From Flavobacteriales bacterium (GTDB taxonomy: Bacteria; Bacteroidota; Bacteroidia; Palsa-965), in contig JBEIPA010000021.1 of assembly GCA_040377305.1 (NCBI GenBank), positions 27,944 through 91,943 of the forward strand: a stretch of 64,000 bases of DNA. Reading direction: 5' to 3'. The notes beneath the pieces are model-generated. The model made no database searches, was not told the origin of the DNA, and saw only the letters and a program-made list of their open reading frames with translations. Position 1 is the first letter of the stretch; the number at the start of each line of letters is the position of its first letter. A program made the translations under genes and the position numbers. Positions 38,244 through 48,192 of this stretch are shown here, in pieces.

Positions 38244-38960
38244 CTATCGTCCAATTAAAAACACCGCCGGAATCTTATGCAATTCCGGAGCCTCCGATTT
38301 TTTCCACGCAGCGACTGTTTTCGTTACTGCATTTTCTCCGGGCATGGTAAGATCACTCGCAATGCATAGCGCAGTTTCCGGACGAAGTGTATTCATCAAA
38401 GCTTCGAACAGTTGGTTGTTTCTGAATGGAGTCTCAATGAAAATCTGAGTGATCCGATGTTTGTTTGCATCGTATTCCATGTCGCTGATCCATTGCGCGC
38501 GTTCTGCTTTGTCAATGGGAAGATAGCCGTGAAAACGAAATTGTTGTCCGTTAAATCCACTTGCCATTAAGGAGAGTAGGAGAGAAGAGGGACCAACAAG
38601 CGGAACAACTTTAATTCCTTTTGCATGTGCAGCGCGAACAACTTCAGATCCCGGATCTGCAACAGCAGGACAACCGGCTTCGGACACGAGACCAACGTTG
38701 TGTCCATCGAGTAGCGGTTTCAGAAAATGCGATGCAGTAGCTTCTTTACGATCGTGTTTGTCGTATGATTCAACTGCAATTTCCATCATGGGAACAGGCA
38801 TTTCAACCTGCTTCAGAAATGCACGGCATGTTTTCGGATTTTCCGCAATGAAAAATCGCAACGTGCGTGTGATTTCCATCACCTGAACAGGAAGCACGTC
38901 GTGTGGTTTTCCTTCTTCTCCCATCGGTACGGGAATAAGATATAATGTGCCTCTGCTCAT
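38244..38960 (-). CDS. SAM-dependent methyltransferase, RsmI-like tetrapyrrole methylase family
   Basis: GTLYLIP, FIAEN, VSEAGCPAVADPG, PLVGPSS, FHGYLP, FIETPFRN. Confidence 0.9.
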   Translation of the reverse strand: MSRGTLYLIPVPMGEEGKPHDVLPVQVMEITRTLRFFIAENPKTCRAFLKQVEMPVPMMEIAVESYDKHDRKEATASHFLKPLLDGHNVGLVSEAGCPAVADPGSEVVRAAHAKGIKVVPLVGPSSLLLSLMASGFNGQQFRFHGYLPIDKAERAQWISDMEYDANKHRITQIFIETPFRNNQLFEALMNTLRPETALCIASDLTMPGENAVTKTVAAWKKSEAPELHKIPAVFLIGR

Positions 38961-39424
38961 TTTTTTGATTTCATTTCATTTACAAGTATATCACAGGTTT
39001 CCTGCACAAGATCGAACACGTGCTGAAATCCTTCTTCACCTCCGTACCATGGATCAGGAACTGCTTTGTTCTTTCCTGGAGCTGAAATATTCAGAAACAA
39101 TTCCACTTTGGTGCGGTCTTCATCTGTATGAGCGAGATTCATAACGTCGCGGTAATTCGATTGGTCCATCACATAGATGCGATCGAATTTTCCAAAATCG
39201 GCTGCCGTGAATTTTCTGGATACAAGTGTCGAAATATCCACACCATTTTTCTTCGCATTCCGAACCGATCGTGCATCAGGATTCTCTCCCGAATGCTGTC
39301 CGGATGTACCAGCAGAGTCCACCGATACATGTGTTATTCCTGCTTCATTTAATTTGTGCCGTAATACTCCTTCTGCCAGTGGTGAACGGCAGATGTTTCC
39401 GAGGCAAACCATTAATATCTTCAT
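38957..39424 (-). CDS. Low molecular weight protein-tyrosine phosphatase
   Basis: VCLGNICRSPLAEG, DSAGT, VPDPWYG. Confidence 0.93.
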   Translation of the reverse strand: MKILMVCLGNICRSPLAEGVLRHKLNEAGITHVSVDSAGTSGQHSGENPDARSVRNAKKNGVDISTLVSRKFTAADFGKFDRIYVMDQSNYRDVMNLAHTDEDRTKVELFLNISAPGKNKAVPDPWYGGEEGFQHVFDLVQETCDILVNEMKSKK

Positions 39425-39530
39425 ATCGTAAGTCAAAAGTAGCAAATCGGTTAGTTGATTTGGTCCTGATTTTGTCCATCAGCCACCTCAGAAAAATAGA
39501 GTATTTTAGCAATGAAACCCTAGCCCCACA

Positions 39531-42500
39531 GTGTTGAGCAAGATTACCCCCTATTCCTGCTTTCTCTTCATTGCGCTGTTTTGTTCGTGCATTTTTCTGA
39601 ATGCGCAGAAGCTGGACTTTGTTTCGTACACTGTTGAAGAAGGTTTGTCTCAATCGGAAGCGCGTTCTGTTTATCAGGATAGCCGCGGTTATCTCTGGGT
39701 TGGAACCGCAGGTGGTGGAGTATGTAAGTTTGATGGAAATGAATTCACTGAGTACAGTCACAAACAAGGACTCGAGGGAACCTTTATCAATCAGATTGCT
39801 GAAGATTCGCTGGGTAACATGTGGTTTGGTACGAGCAATGCCGGGGCTTCACGTTATGATGGAAAGTCATTTGTGCGGTATGATTACAAAAAAGGACTCG
39901 GCTCAAATAACGTAACTGCTATTTCCTGTTCGAAGGATCGCGTATACATCGGCACAAGTGAAGGACTTTACGAATTTGATGTTGAACTTGAACAGCTTCG
40001 TCGAATCACAAGTGTAAGAAACATTACCGCGCTGCACAGTACCAGAGCTGGTGATCTTTTTGTAGGAGCCGACACCATTTTGTATCGCTATGAGAGTGGG
40101 CAGTTGCAAATCATTTCATTTCCAAACTCGTCGGGACAAAAGCACATCACCACATTGGGTAGCGACGATGCAGGTTTGCTGTATGTGGGATGCGACAACG
40201 GGTTGATGTTGTATAAACACGCAACGAAGTTGTGGTCCGACAATGCTGTTACAACTGCACTCAGTCTGAAGAAGATCTCGCATATCACACGCGATCATCT
40301 CGGCTCTATCTGGATTGCAACGCTTAACAATCTTGTTATTCGTGCAGAGACTGATGGACACATGACGATGTACAATAGCTCGAACGGATTAGTTGCAGAC
40401 AATATCTACATGATCGTGGAAGACGATACGCGACACATCTGGATGGCGACGAAGGAACAAAGTCTGTTGAAACTGAGAAGTGAGGCGTTCAACTATTACG
40501 ACGACATTGACGGATTAGGTTCGACGACTGTGTTTCGGATACTTGAAGATCACAGCGGGAAAATGTGGGTAGGTTCGAATGATGATGGATTATACACGTA
40601 TGTTCCCGGCGAAGAAAATTCCAGTGGCGCATCACATGCAGTTCTGAATGGTGGAGTGCCGTTCAAACAACCAGTGGCACTTTGCGAAGATTCTTCAAAG
40701 AGAATTTGGGTTGGACACTTTAACGGTGCAACATGTCTGGTGAATGAACGTCCGGTTAAGACAATTCTCAACGGAATTCGGGTACGCGCATTTTGTGCAG
40801 ACAGCAAAGGCAATCTTTGGATTGGAACCTGGGGAAGCGGATTGTACAAAGACGACGGAAAGACACTGACGAATTACACCGTGAAATCCGGGGATCTTCC
40901 GCAGGATTACATTCATGATATTTTTGAGGACAGCAAGGGAAATATCTGGCTTGGCACCGGTGCAGGATTGGTGAAGTATGACAGCTATAGGTTTCAGACT
41001 TTCATGAACAAGGACTTCTGTAACTCGTACATCGGTGCCATACGGGAAGACCGTAACGGAAGAATCTGGTTCTATACGGATTTGTGTGTGATGCGTTATG
41101 ATGGTGCAACCTATACTTCATTTGATCAGGATGATGGACTCGCGTCGAACACCGTATTTCTCATTGAGTTCGATGCCGAAGGACGATTGTGGATTGGAAC
41201 GAACAAAGGACTTGACTGCGTTACGCTCAATGATCAATCGAATATCACTTCGGTGCGGAACTACGGAAAGAACGAAGGCTTCCGGGGAATAGAATGTAAT
41301 TCACGTGCGGTTTGCCTGAGGCGCAATGAGGAGTTGTGGTTCGGAACTGTGAAAGGTGTTATCAGTTACAATCCGGCTAATGATCAGGCTGATATTATTG
41401 AACCGAATGTTCATCTCACTGGTATCCGGTTGTTTCTCGAGAAAACAGATTGGACCTGGTCGGGTGGTGCACAAGGCGGATGGTTTCAGTTGCCTTCTGA
41501 GCTCACACTCGAACACGATCACAATCAGCTCACATTCCTGTATGAAGGAATACACTTGCAGAGTCCGTCGAGCATACACTACAAATTCATGCTCGCGGGA
41601 TTCGATTCCATCTGGCAGCCGATTACTTCTCAGACAGAATTCACGTATACGAATCTCCCTCCGGGTCAATACAAGTTTCGCGTTGTAGCCAGTAATGGAC
41701 AGAATGTTTGGAACGTGACTCCTGCAGAAAGTGGTCTTATTACAATCCTTCCTCCACCGGTTCCGTTCTGGGCTACCTGGTGGTTTGTATTGCTGGTTAT
41801 TGCTGCAGTTGGAGGAATACTATATTACATCACTGTACTCCGCAACCGTATTGTGAAGAAGCAACGAGAGGCGCTGGAAGAAGAAATTCGTTTACGTACA
41901 CAGGAGATTTCGCGTCAGAACGAGGAGAAATCTCTGATGCTGAAAGAAATCCACCACCGGGTGAAGAACAACCTGCAGATCATTTCATCGTTACTGAATC
42001 TTCATGCCGATACGATTCAGGACCAGCGCGTGTTGTCGTTGTTTGAAGATCTCCGTCACCGTGTGAATTCAATGGCACTGATTCACGAGAAGATGTACCA
42101 GAGTAAGAATCTGGTGAACATTGATATCGCCGGTTACATTGATGAGTTGATTCGTACACTCATTGATGCGTACGATTCGAATAAGAGCATTCGACTCAAA
42201 ACAGACATCGGGCAAATTGAATTCAAGATTGATACCATCGTTCCGCTCGGATTAATTCTCAGCGAAATCGTTTCCAATTCATTGAAGTACGCATTCGGTG
42301 GACGTGATGATGGAGAGATCAGTATTTCCATGAAGAAGATCGGAACCAATATGTTCTCGCTGGAAGTAGGGGACAATGGCTCAGGTGTACCGGAAGGAAT
42401 TCAGTTCACCACAACAGAATCTTTAGGGATGATGTTGATTCGCATGCTTACAGAACAACTCAACGGCAACGTGACTATGAACTCGGAAAAAGGAACACAC

Positions 42501-42542
42501 TACAAGATTGTGTTTAAGGAAGAGGTGAAGGAGCGGTTCTAG
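39531..42542 (+). CDS. Membrane sensor kinase: beta-propeller repeats, Y_Y_Y domain, TM, HisKA_2-type kinase
   Basis: Repeated [QE]DS.G.[LM]W.GT; YTNLPPGQYKFRV; PFWATWWF; LKEIHHRVKNNLQII; DNGSG. Confidence 0.92.
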   Translation: MLSKITPYSCFLFIALFCSCIFLNAQKLDFVSYTVEEGLSQSEARSVYQDSRGYLWVGTAGGGVCKFDGNEFTEYSHKQGLEGTFINQIAEDSLGNMWFGTSNAGASRYDGKSFVRYDYKKGLGSNNVTAISCSKDRVYIGTSEGLYEFDVELEQLRRITSVRNITALHSTRAGDLFVGADTILYRYESGQLQIISFPNSSGQKHITTLGSDDAGLLYVGCDNGLMLYKHATKLWSDNAVTTALSLKKISHITRDHLGSIWIATLNNLVIRAETDGHMTMYNSSNGLVADNIYMIVEDDTRHIWMATKEQSLLKLRSEAFNYYDDIDGLGSTTVFRILEDHSGKMWVGSNDDGLYTYVPGEENSSGASHAVLNGGVPFKQPVALCEDSSKRIWVGHFNGATCLVNERPVKTILNGIRVRAFCADSKGNLWIGTWGSGLYKDDGKTLTNYTVKSGDLPQDYIHDIFEDSKGNIWLGTGAGLVKYDSYRFQTFMNKDFCNSYIGAIREDRNGRIWFYTDLCVMRYDGATYTSFDQDDGLASNTVFLIEFDAEGRLWIGTNKGLDCVTLNDQSNITSVRNYGKNEGFRGIECNSRAVCLRRNEELWFGTVKGVISYNPANDQADIIEPNVHLTGIRLFLEKTDWTWSGGAQGGWFQLPSELTLEHDHNQLTFLYEGIHLQSPSSIHYKFMLAGFDSIWQPITSQTEFTYTNLPPGQYKFRVVASNGQNVWNVTPAESGLITILPPPVPFWATWWFVLLVIAAVGGILYYITVLRNRIVKKQREALEEEIRLRTQEISRQNEEKSLMLKEIHHRVKNNLQIISSLLNLHADTIQDQRVLSLFEDLRHRVNSMALIHEKMYQSKNLVNIDIAGYIDELIRTLIDAYDSNKSIRLKTDIGQIEFKIDTIVPLGLILSEIVSNSLKYAFGGRDDGEISISMKKIGTNMFSLEVGDNGSGVPEGIQFTTTESLGMMLIRMLTEQLNGNVTMNSEKGTHYKIVFKEEVKERF

Positions 42543-42563
42543 GGAGCGAACCGACTGCCGGCA

Positions 42564-42706
42564 AATGATCCGATGATTAGATGATGCAATGATCCAATCT
42601 GAATTAGATTGGTACCCACAACAACTTTACAAAAGCAGAAACCCGGACTTTTCGTTCCGGGTTTCTGCTTAATCGTATCATCGAATCATTGTATCATCGA
42701 ATCATT
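42564..42706. repeat. Octamer array (RATGATNN x4) and inverted array (x4) enclosing a terminator
   Basis: 42564-42595 and 42675-42706. Confidence 0.7.
42631..42670. terminator. Terminator between convergent kinase and dnaA genes
   Basis: AAGCAGAAACCCGGA-loop-TCCGGGTTTCTGCTT, 15-bp stem. Confidence 0.8.
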
Positions 42707-44136
42707 TACTGTATGCTCAATTTCTTTTCAAGCTCATCGATGTACGCTCTGAAACGTTTGTCTGTATCCATCAGGTTGTTCACCGTACGGCAAGCGTGTA
42801 GAACTGTTGCGTGATCTTTTCCGCCGCAGTGCATTCCGATTGTAGCGAGAGAAGACTTCGTCATGCTCTTTGCGAAATACATAGCGATCTGACGGGCCTG
42901 AACAACTTCGCGTTTGCGTGTCTTGCTCTTGAGGAGTTCGATTGGCAAGTCGAAGTAATCGCAGACCACTTTCTGGATGTAGTCGATAGAAACTTCACGT
43001 GCAGTGTTCTTCACGAACTTGTCGATCATCTGCTTCGCAAGGTCAAGCGTAATTGCTTTCTTGTTCAGTGATGCCTGGGCAAGCAATGAAATGTATGCGC
43101 CTTCGAGTTCACGGATGTTTGTTGTGATGCTGTAGGCGAGGTACTCAATTACTTCGCGAGGCAATTCAATTCCGTCGATGTAAAGCTTCTTCTCAAGAAT
43201 TGCGATACGTGTTTCGAGGCTTGGGATCTGTAGATCAGCAGACAATCCCCACTTGAAGCGGGAGAGTAGTCGCTGTTCCATTCCCTGCATTTCAACCGGC
43301 GGCTTATCGGCAGTCAACACGAGCTGCTTGCCTGTTTGGTGAAGGTGGTTGAAGATGTGGAAGAATACGTCCTGAGTTTTGTCTTTACCAGCGAAGAACT
43401 GTACGTCATCAATGATGAGTACGTCGATCATCTGGTAGAAGTGAATGAAGTCGTTCTGGTTGTTGTTCTTCACTGCATCAATGAACTGGTGTGTGAACTT
43501 CTCCGAAGAGACATACAACACCGTTTTAGCAGGGTGAAGATTTTTGATCTGCAGACCGATCGCGTGAGCAAGGTGAGTTTTACCAAGACCAACACCACCG
43601 TAAATCAACAATGGGTTGAAAGCAGTTCCTCCTGGTTTCTGAGAGACAGCAAAACCGGCTGAACGAGCAAGGCGGTTACAATCGCCTTCTACAAAATTCT
43701 CGAATGAGTAGTTTGCGTTAAGCTGTGATTCAACATTCACCTTCTTAAGACCGGGAATGATGAATGGGTTGCGGATGGTGTTCTTATTAAGATCAATCGG
43801 CATTGACACTGCGGGATTCTTCACATCTTTTCTGTTCGATGTGGGAATCTTTACTGTGTAAGGTTTCGTGCTGCTGAACGAATTCTCCATGATGATAGAA
43901 TATTCGAGCTTTCCTTCAGCACCAAGTTCCTTACGGATTGTTTTCTTAAGAAGCGTGATGTAGTGTTCTTCAAGCCATTCGTAAAAGAACTGGCTAGGGA
44001 CCTGAATCGTTAGAATGTTCGCGTTGACTTTAAGCGGCTTAATTGGTTCGAACCAAGTTTTGAAACTTTGCGCGCTTACGTTGTCACGGATAATATTCAA
44101 ACAACTTTCCCAGATCCTATCGTGTGTTTTCTCCAT
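42706..44136 (-). CDS. dnaA: Chromosomal replication initiator DnaA
   Basis: FNPLLIYGGVGLGKTHL, LIIDDVQF, RLLSRF, NIRELEGA, RQIAMY, GGKDHATVLHA. Confidence 0.99.
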   Translation of the reverse strand: MEKTHDRIWESCLNIIRDNVSAQSFKTWFEPIKPLKVNANILTIQVPSQFFYEWLEEHYITLLKKTIRKELGAEGKLEYSIIMENSFSSTKPYTVKIPTSNRKDVKNPAVSMPIDLNKNTIRNPFIIPGLKKVNVESQLNANYSFENFVEGDCNRLARSAGFAVSQKPGGTAFNPLLIYGGVGLGKTHLAHAIGLQIKNLHPAKTVLYVSSEKFTHQFIDAVKNNNQNDFIHFYQMIDVLIIDDVQFFAGKDKTQDVFFHIFNHLHQTGKQLVLTADKPPVEMQGMEQRLLSRFKWGLSADLQIPSLETRIAILEKKLYIDGIELPREVIEYLAYSITTNIRELEGAYISLLAQASLNKKAITLDLAKQMIDKFVKNTAREVSIDYIQKVVCDYFDLPIELLKSKTRKREVVQARQIAMYFAKSMTKSSLATIGMHCGGKDHATVLHACRTVNNLMDTDKRFRAYIDELEKKLSIQ

Positions 44137-44374
44137 TATTTACTCTCCAGCGTAAAGGGTTACTGTGTATTTCCGTTAGTGTGTGTCGCTAACGGTTCCC
44201 AAAATTATTATTAATGCCCATCCCACCAATCTTTTCAACAAAATAAATCTAAGAAAAAATTCTGAGAGGGTTTGCAAAATTGATTGCTGCTACAGTTGTG
44301 CGTTTCAGAGGTTTTCTGTTGGAGGGGAAACCTGAATATCCACTTATGCAAATTTATTTTCAGAAATATTTACA

Positions 44375-45313
44375 TCACAGCCGTGCATCGTGTTCAATAT
44401 TTACAGATGCAGATTCAATTGATTTTTCCTTCGAATTCTTGTCGGTGAAAATTTCAATTTTCCCAAGACGGATTCCAGCCCAACCAACTTGCGCGATCAC
44501 AACATCCTTCTCTTCGCGATTTTTTACGGTGGTGGCTTTGTCCAAAAAAGTATGTGTGTGTCCACCGATGATAACATCAATGCCTCTGGATTTTTTGGCG
44601 AGAACCATATCGCTCACTTTATCGTTTTCGTATTTAAATCCGAGATGCGACAAACATACGACCACGTCGCATTTTTTCTGATCGCGCAAAAGGCTCACCA
44701 TTTCAGCAGCCTTTACAATCGGGTCGAGATAAACTGTTTTGCCATACATGCGGCTATCCACAAGTCCGGCCATTTCAATTCCAAGTCCGAAAACGCCGGT
44801 CTTGATTCCTTCGTGTTCGAAGATTTTATAAGGAACAGTTTTGCCTTCCATCGGCGTTCCCGTGAAATCGTAATTGGCTACGAGCATTGGGAACGTGGCA
44901 TGTTGCAACTGTTTCGCCAGGTTATCGAGGCCTCCGTCAAAGTCGTGGTTTCCGATTGCAGTGGCATCGTAGCCCATTGCCGACATGGCTTTGATTTCTA
45001 CTTCGCCACCGAACATATTGAAATAAGGCGTCCCTTGAAAAATGTCGCCGGCGTCAAGTAAAATTACATTCGGCTCTTTCGCTCTAATGCCGCGTATGAG
45101 CGCCGCACGACGTTCTATGCCTCCAAGTCCTGCATATTTCGGATCATTCGCAGGGAAGGGCTCTAAATGGCTGTGAACGTCATTTGTGTGCAGGAGCACA
45201 ATCTTCACCTTCGATTTTTTCGCAACAGTGAATCCGCTCGTGAGAAAGCCGAGTCCAAGTAAAGCTCCTCCGCCAGTAACGGTTTGCAGGAATTCGCGGC
45301 GGTTAATTTTCAT
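44375..45313 (-). CDS. 5'-nucleotidase metallophosphoesterase subunit with Tat signal
   Basis: NRREFL twin-Arg; LHTNDVHS, DAGDIFQG, GNHDFD, LSHLG, GGHTH. Confidence 0.9.
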   Translation of the reverse strand: MKINRREFLQTVTGGGALLGLGFLTSGFTVAKKSKVKIVLLHTNDVHSHLEPFPANDPKYAGLGGIERRAALIRGIRAKEPNVILLDAGDIFQGTPYFNMFGGEVEIKAMSAMGYDATAIGNHDFDGGLDNLAKQLQHATFPMLVANYDFTGTPMEGKTVPYKIFEHEGIKTGVFGLGIEMAGLVDSRMYGKTVYLDPIVKAAEMVSLLRDQKKCDVVVCLSHLGFKYENDKVSDMVLAKKSRGIDVIIGGHTHTFLDKATTVKNREEKDVVIAQVGWAGIRLGKIEIFTDKNSKEKSIESASVNIEHDARL

Positions 45314-46073
45314 AGTGCATCCTCCTGTCTGTTACGGGTGCAATCACCTTTCCGGCTTTTTGCGCTTCAGTGAATGTGTCCAGAATTGCATTGCGGATCA
45401 GATAACCGGTTTTTTCGCTGCTGATCGGATTTTTCAGAAATGCCATTTTGTCGCCCCCGTTCGCAAGGTAATCGGAGGTTAGTACCTTATACGTTTGTGT
45501 GGAATCAAAAGGTACTCCACCAATGAAAACTTTGCCCGGGGTTTTGTCAGGTTTCATTCCAATGCTCATGCCTGCAATCGGCACGCCACCTGATGCAGCA
45601 GCGAATTTTACGAGATCCCACATCTTCGGACCGCTAATCGTAACCACAACTATTTCATTGTCAAAAGGCATGAGCTCGAATACATTTCCTTTCGTAATAT
45701 TTCCTGCAGGAAGGGAAGCGCGCAATCCGCCGTTATTCAGTATACACACCTGTGCTGGTTTTCCATCTGCTGGTTTGTACACTGAATTTCCCTTGGCCAA
45801 ACACGCATCAGCAACGAAATTTCCCAGGAGCGTTTCCGTTTTTCCGGGTTCCTTCGGCATCGCAAATGCAGTTTGTCCCACAACAGCATTCATCACACTG
45901 TCGAGCTGAAGTTTGTATGGGAACAGGATTGCGTGTACTGCAGAATCACTTTGTTCTACCGTGGAATTCATTTCAGAATAACCCGGAGTAATTCCTGTGA
46001 CGTGCGATTTGTGATTACACGCTGCAATTAAAAAAACGAGAATTCCTATTGGGAGAAGGAGACGTTTACTCAT
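45303..46073 (-). CDS. 5'-nucleotidase C-terminal domain lipoprotein
   Basis: LIAAC lipobox; LGNFVADA, NNGGLR, ELMPFDN, TSDYLANGGD. Confidence 0.9.
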   Translation of the reverse strand: MSKRLLLPIGILVFLIAACNHKSHVTGITPGYSEMNSTVEQSDSAVHAILFPYKLQLDSVMNAVVGQTAFAMPKEPGKTETLLGNFVADACLAKGNSVYKPADGKPAQVCILNNGGLRASLPAGNITKGNVFELMPFDNEIVVVTISGPKMWDLVKFAAASGGVPIAGMSIGMKPDKTPGKVFIGGVPFDSTQTYKVLTSDYLANGGDKMAFLKNPISSEKTGYLIRNAILDTFTEAQKAGKVIAPVTDRRMHYEN

Positions 46074-46227
46074 GCGAACTATATTTCTCTGTCTGAATCC
46101 GTGAATCCCGACTGTAAACGTCAGGATTTCATGCTTAGAATACTTGCTGCAAGATTGGAATTTTCATTGGAGAACCAACGTTAAATTTTCGAAATGATTT
46201 TACCTACCTTCGGATTAAATTCATGTT

Positions 46228-46632
46228 ATGTTTATTGCAGAAACAACAATACGCGTGCGCTACGGCGAGACTGACCGCATGGGATATGCATACTATGGTA
46301 ACTATGCAGAGTACTATGAAGTTGGACGTGTAGAAGCACTGCGTAAGCTGGGATGGAATTACAAGGAAATGGAAGACGGCGGCATTCTTCTACCGGTATA
46401 TACGTTCTCGATAAAGTATTTCAAGCCTTCGTTTTACGATGATCTGCTCGTGATAAAAACGATGATCAAAGAAATGCCTTCCACACGAATTAAGTTTGAA
46501 TACGAGATGTACAACGAGAAAGGGGAGAAGTTGAATGAAGGGGAAACTACGCTGGTGTTTGTTTCAGCCTCTACGAAGAAACCTTGTGGAGCACCAAAAG
46601 GTTTTCTGGACGCACTGAAGCCATACTTCTAA
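46228..46632 (+). CDS. Acyl-CoA thioesterase (YbgC/4HBT hot-dog family)
   Basis: IRVRYGETDRMGYAYYGNY..YYEVGR. Confidence 0.92.
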   Translation: MFIAETTIRVRYGETDRMGYAYYGNYAEYYEVGRVEALRKLGWNYKEMEDGGILLPVYTFSIKYFKPSFYDDLLVIKTMIKEMPSTRIKFEYEMYNEKGEKLNEGETTLVFVSASTKKPCGAPKGFLDALKPYF

Positions 46633-46634
46633 GA

Positions 46635-46712
46635 ATTCCGTGATTCCGGATTTCGTGATTCCGATTGTACAAGTCCAGATTACCGGAATAGCGGAATACG
46701 AAATTTCGGAAT
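46635..46712. repeat. 7-8-mer array (ATTCCG-like x4) plus inverted array (CGGAAT-like x4)
   Basis: Fills the gap between the convergent thioesterase and yigZ-family genes. Confidence 0.7.
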
Positions 46713-47326
46713 TACACTGTTCTGATCCAGGACGTTTTTACTGAAGAAATTGAGTTGAGAGCAGAAACTACAGAATCCGCTTCCGACTTTCTAACTGCAA
46801 ATTCCAACTCGCACTCCAGTTCAAACTTTTGGTTCGATTGTTTCAGATCGGAGTCTTTGAGAATCTTCATAACAGCGGGCATCGCATCATACTGAAATTC
46901 AAGTTTGTAAATTTCGGTGATGTGTTTCTCCACGATCTTCGCTTGAGAAATGCAATCTGCTGCTGACGCCTTGTAAGCGTTGATCAATCCGGGGACGCCG
47001 AGTAATGTGCCTCCGAAATAGCGAACCACCACAATGAGTGCATTGGTAATTCCTGCAGAAAGCATCTGATTATAAATGGGTTTTCCTGCTGTGCCCGCAG
47101 GTTCTCCGTCGTCATTTGCGCGATAGGAATCACCGGAAACACCAAGCCTCCATGCGTAGCAATGATGATTCGCACCGGGATGTTCTTTCTTCAGTCGCTG
47201 GAGTATTTCTGAAATTTCCTCAAGCGTGTAAACGGAAAATCCGAAGGCCATGAACTTGCTGCCGCGATCGCGGAATAAGCCTTCGCAGGAAGATTCGAAT
47301 GTCTTATATGTATCGTCGAAAAGCAT
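46712..47326 (-). CDS. YigZ/IMPACT family protein
   Basis: GSKF, ANHHCYAW, DDGEPAGTAG, VVRYFGGTLLG..GL..AY; start set at MLFDDTY. Confidence 0.92.
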   Translation of the reverse strand: MLFDDTYKTFESSCEGLFRDRGSKFMAFGFSVYTLEEISEILQRLKKEHPGANHHCYAWRLGVSGDSYRANDDGEPAGTAGKPIYNQMLSAGITNALIVVVRYFGGTLLGVPGLINAYKASAADCISQAKIVEKHITEIYKLEFQYDAMPAVMKILKDSDLKQSNQKFELECELEFAVRKSEADSVVSALNSISSVKTSWIRTV

Positions 47327-48192
47327 TATGCGAAAGCAACAAGGGAAATGGCACCAATAGAAATCAGGATACCAATCCAGTTCATGGCAGATAGTTTCTC
47401 TTTGTAAACAATCAACGCACCAATTGCGGAACAAATTACAATTCCCATGTTGTTCACCGGGTACAGTTGTGATGACTCCATAATATCTGCGTTCAACGCT
47501 TTTGTGATTGCGTAGATGGAGAAATAGTTTGGAATTCCCAGAATGATACCACCGAGAATACTTCTTCCGGTAATTCGTTCCTTATATATGTATACACGGT
47601 AGCTCACAGTCACTACACCAATGCAGAATGCGCTCATGAACGCAAGGCTCAGCAGGAACGGCATCAGTGACTCGACTGTAATTTGTTTTTCCAGATGATT
47701 GATCATGGCATCAATGATTCCGCTTCCAATGAAAATCACAATCGGCAACAAAATCATTTTGAAGTTGAAAGTACCTCCATCTGATTTTTTCGAAGTGAGA
47801 TATACTGCCAGAAGAGCCGCAACAATTCCAATGATTTTTATCGTTGATAGAGATTCATTATATAGCCAGACCGCTGCGACTACCGGAATAACTACCGACA
47901 TTTTGTTGGCAACAGTTGCAACAGAAATGCCGGCAACCTGAGCTGTTTTCGCCAGAGTGAAGAAAATACTGATGAAGAGAAAACCGAGTGAGATGGGAAT
48001 CCAAAGCAGATCTCCGGCACCTTGCATTATTGTTTCGGCTTCCGGAATTCCATGTATGCACAAGCCGGTTGCTGCCGCCACAAAGTAATTAGCAACAATT
48101 CCATGCAACGTATTCACACCGTACTTTTCGAATCCTTTCAGAATAAGAAGCAGCAGTGTGTTCGTGATGATACTTAGGAAGAGCCAGATCAT
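47326..48192 (-). CDS. EamA/DMT family transporter
   Basis: About 10 hydrophobic segments with internal duplication (LYNESLS..KIIG / VYKEKLS..NWIG). Confidence 0.85.
   Translation of the reverse strand: MIWLFLSIITNTLLLLILKGFEKYGVNTLHGIVANYFVAAATGLCIHGIPEAETIMQGAGDLLWIPISLGFLFISIFFTLAKTAQVAGISVATVANKMSVVIPVVAAVWLYNESLSTIKIIGIVAALLAVYLTSKKSDGGTFNFKMILLPIVIFIGSGIIDAMINHLEKQITVESLMPFLLSLAFMSAFCIGVVTVSYRVYIYKERITGRSILGGIILGIPNYFSIYAITKALNADIMESSQLYPVNNMGIVICSAIGALIVYKEKLSAMNWIGILISIGAISLVAFA

Noticed and set aside
44137-44374. oriC upstream of dnaA
   Set aside because: Only degenerate DnaA-box-like words (TTTTCAACA, ATATCCACT), no cluster of TTATCCACA boxes and no dnaN. Cannot be supported without GC-skew data.
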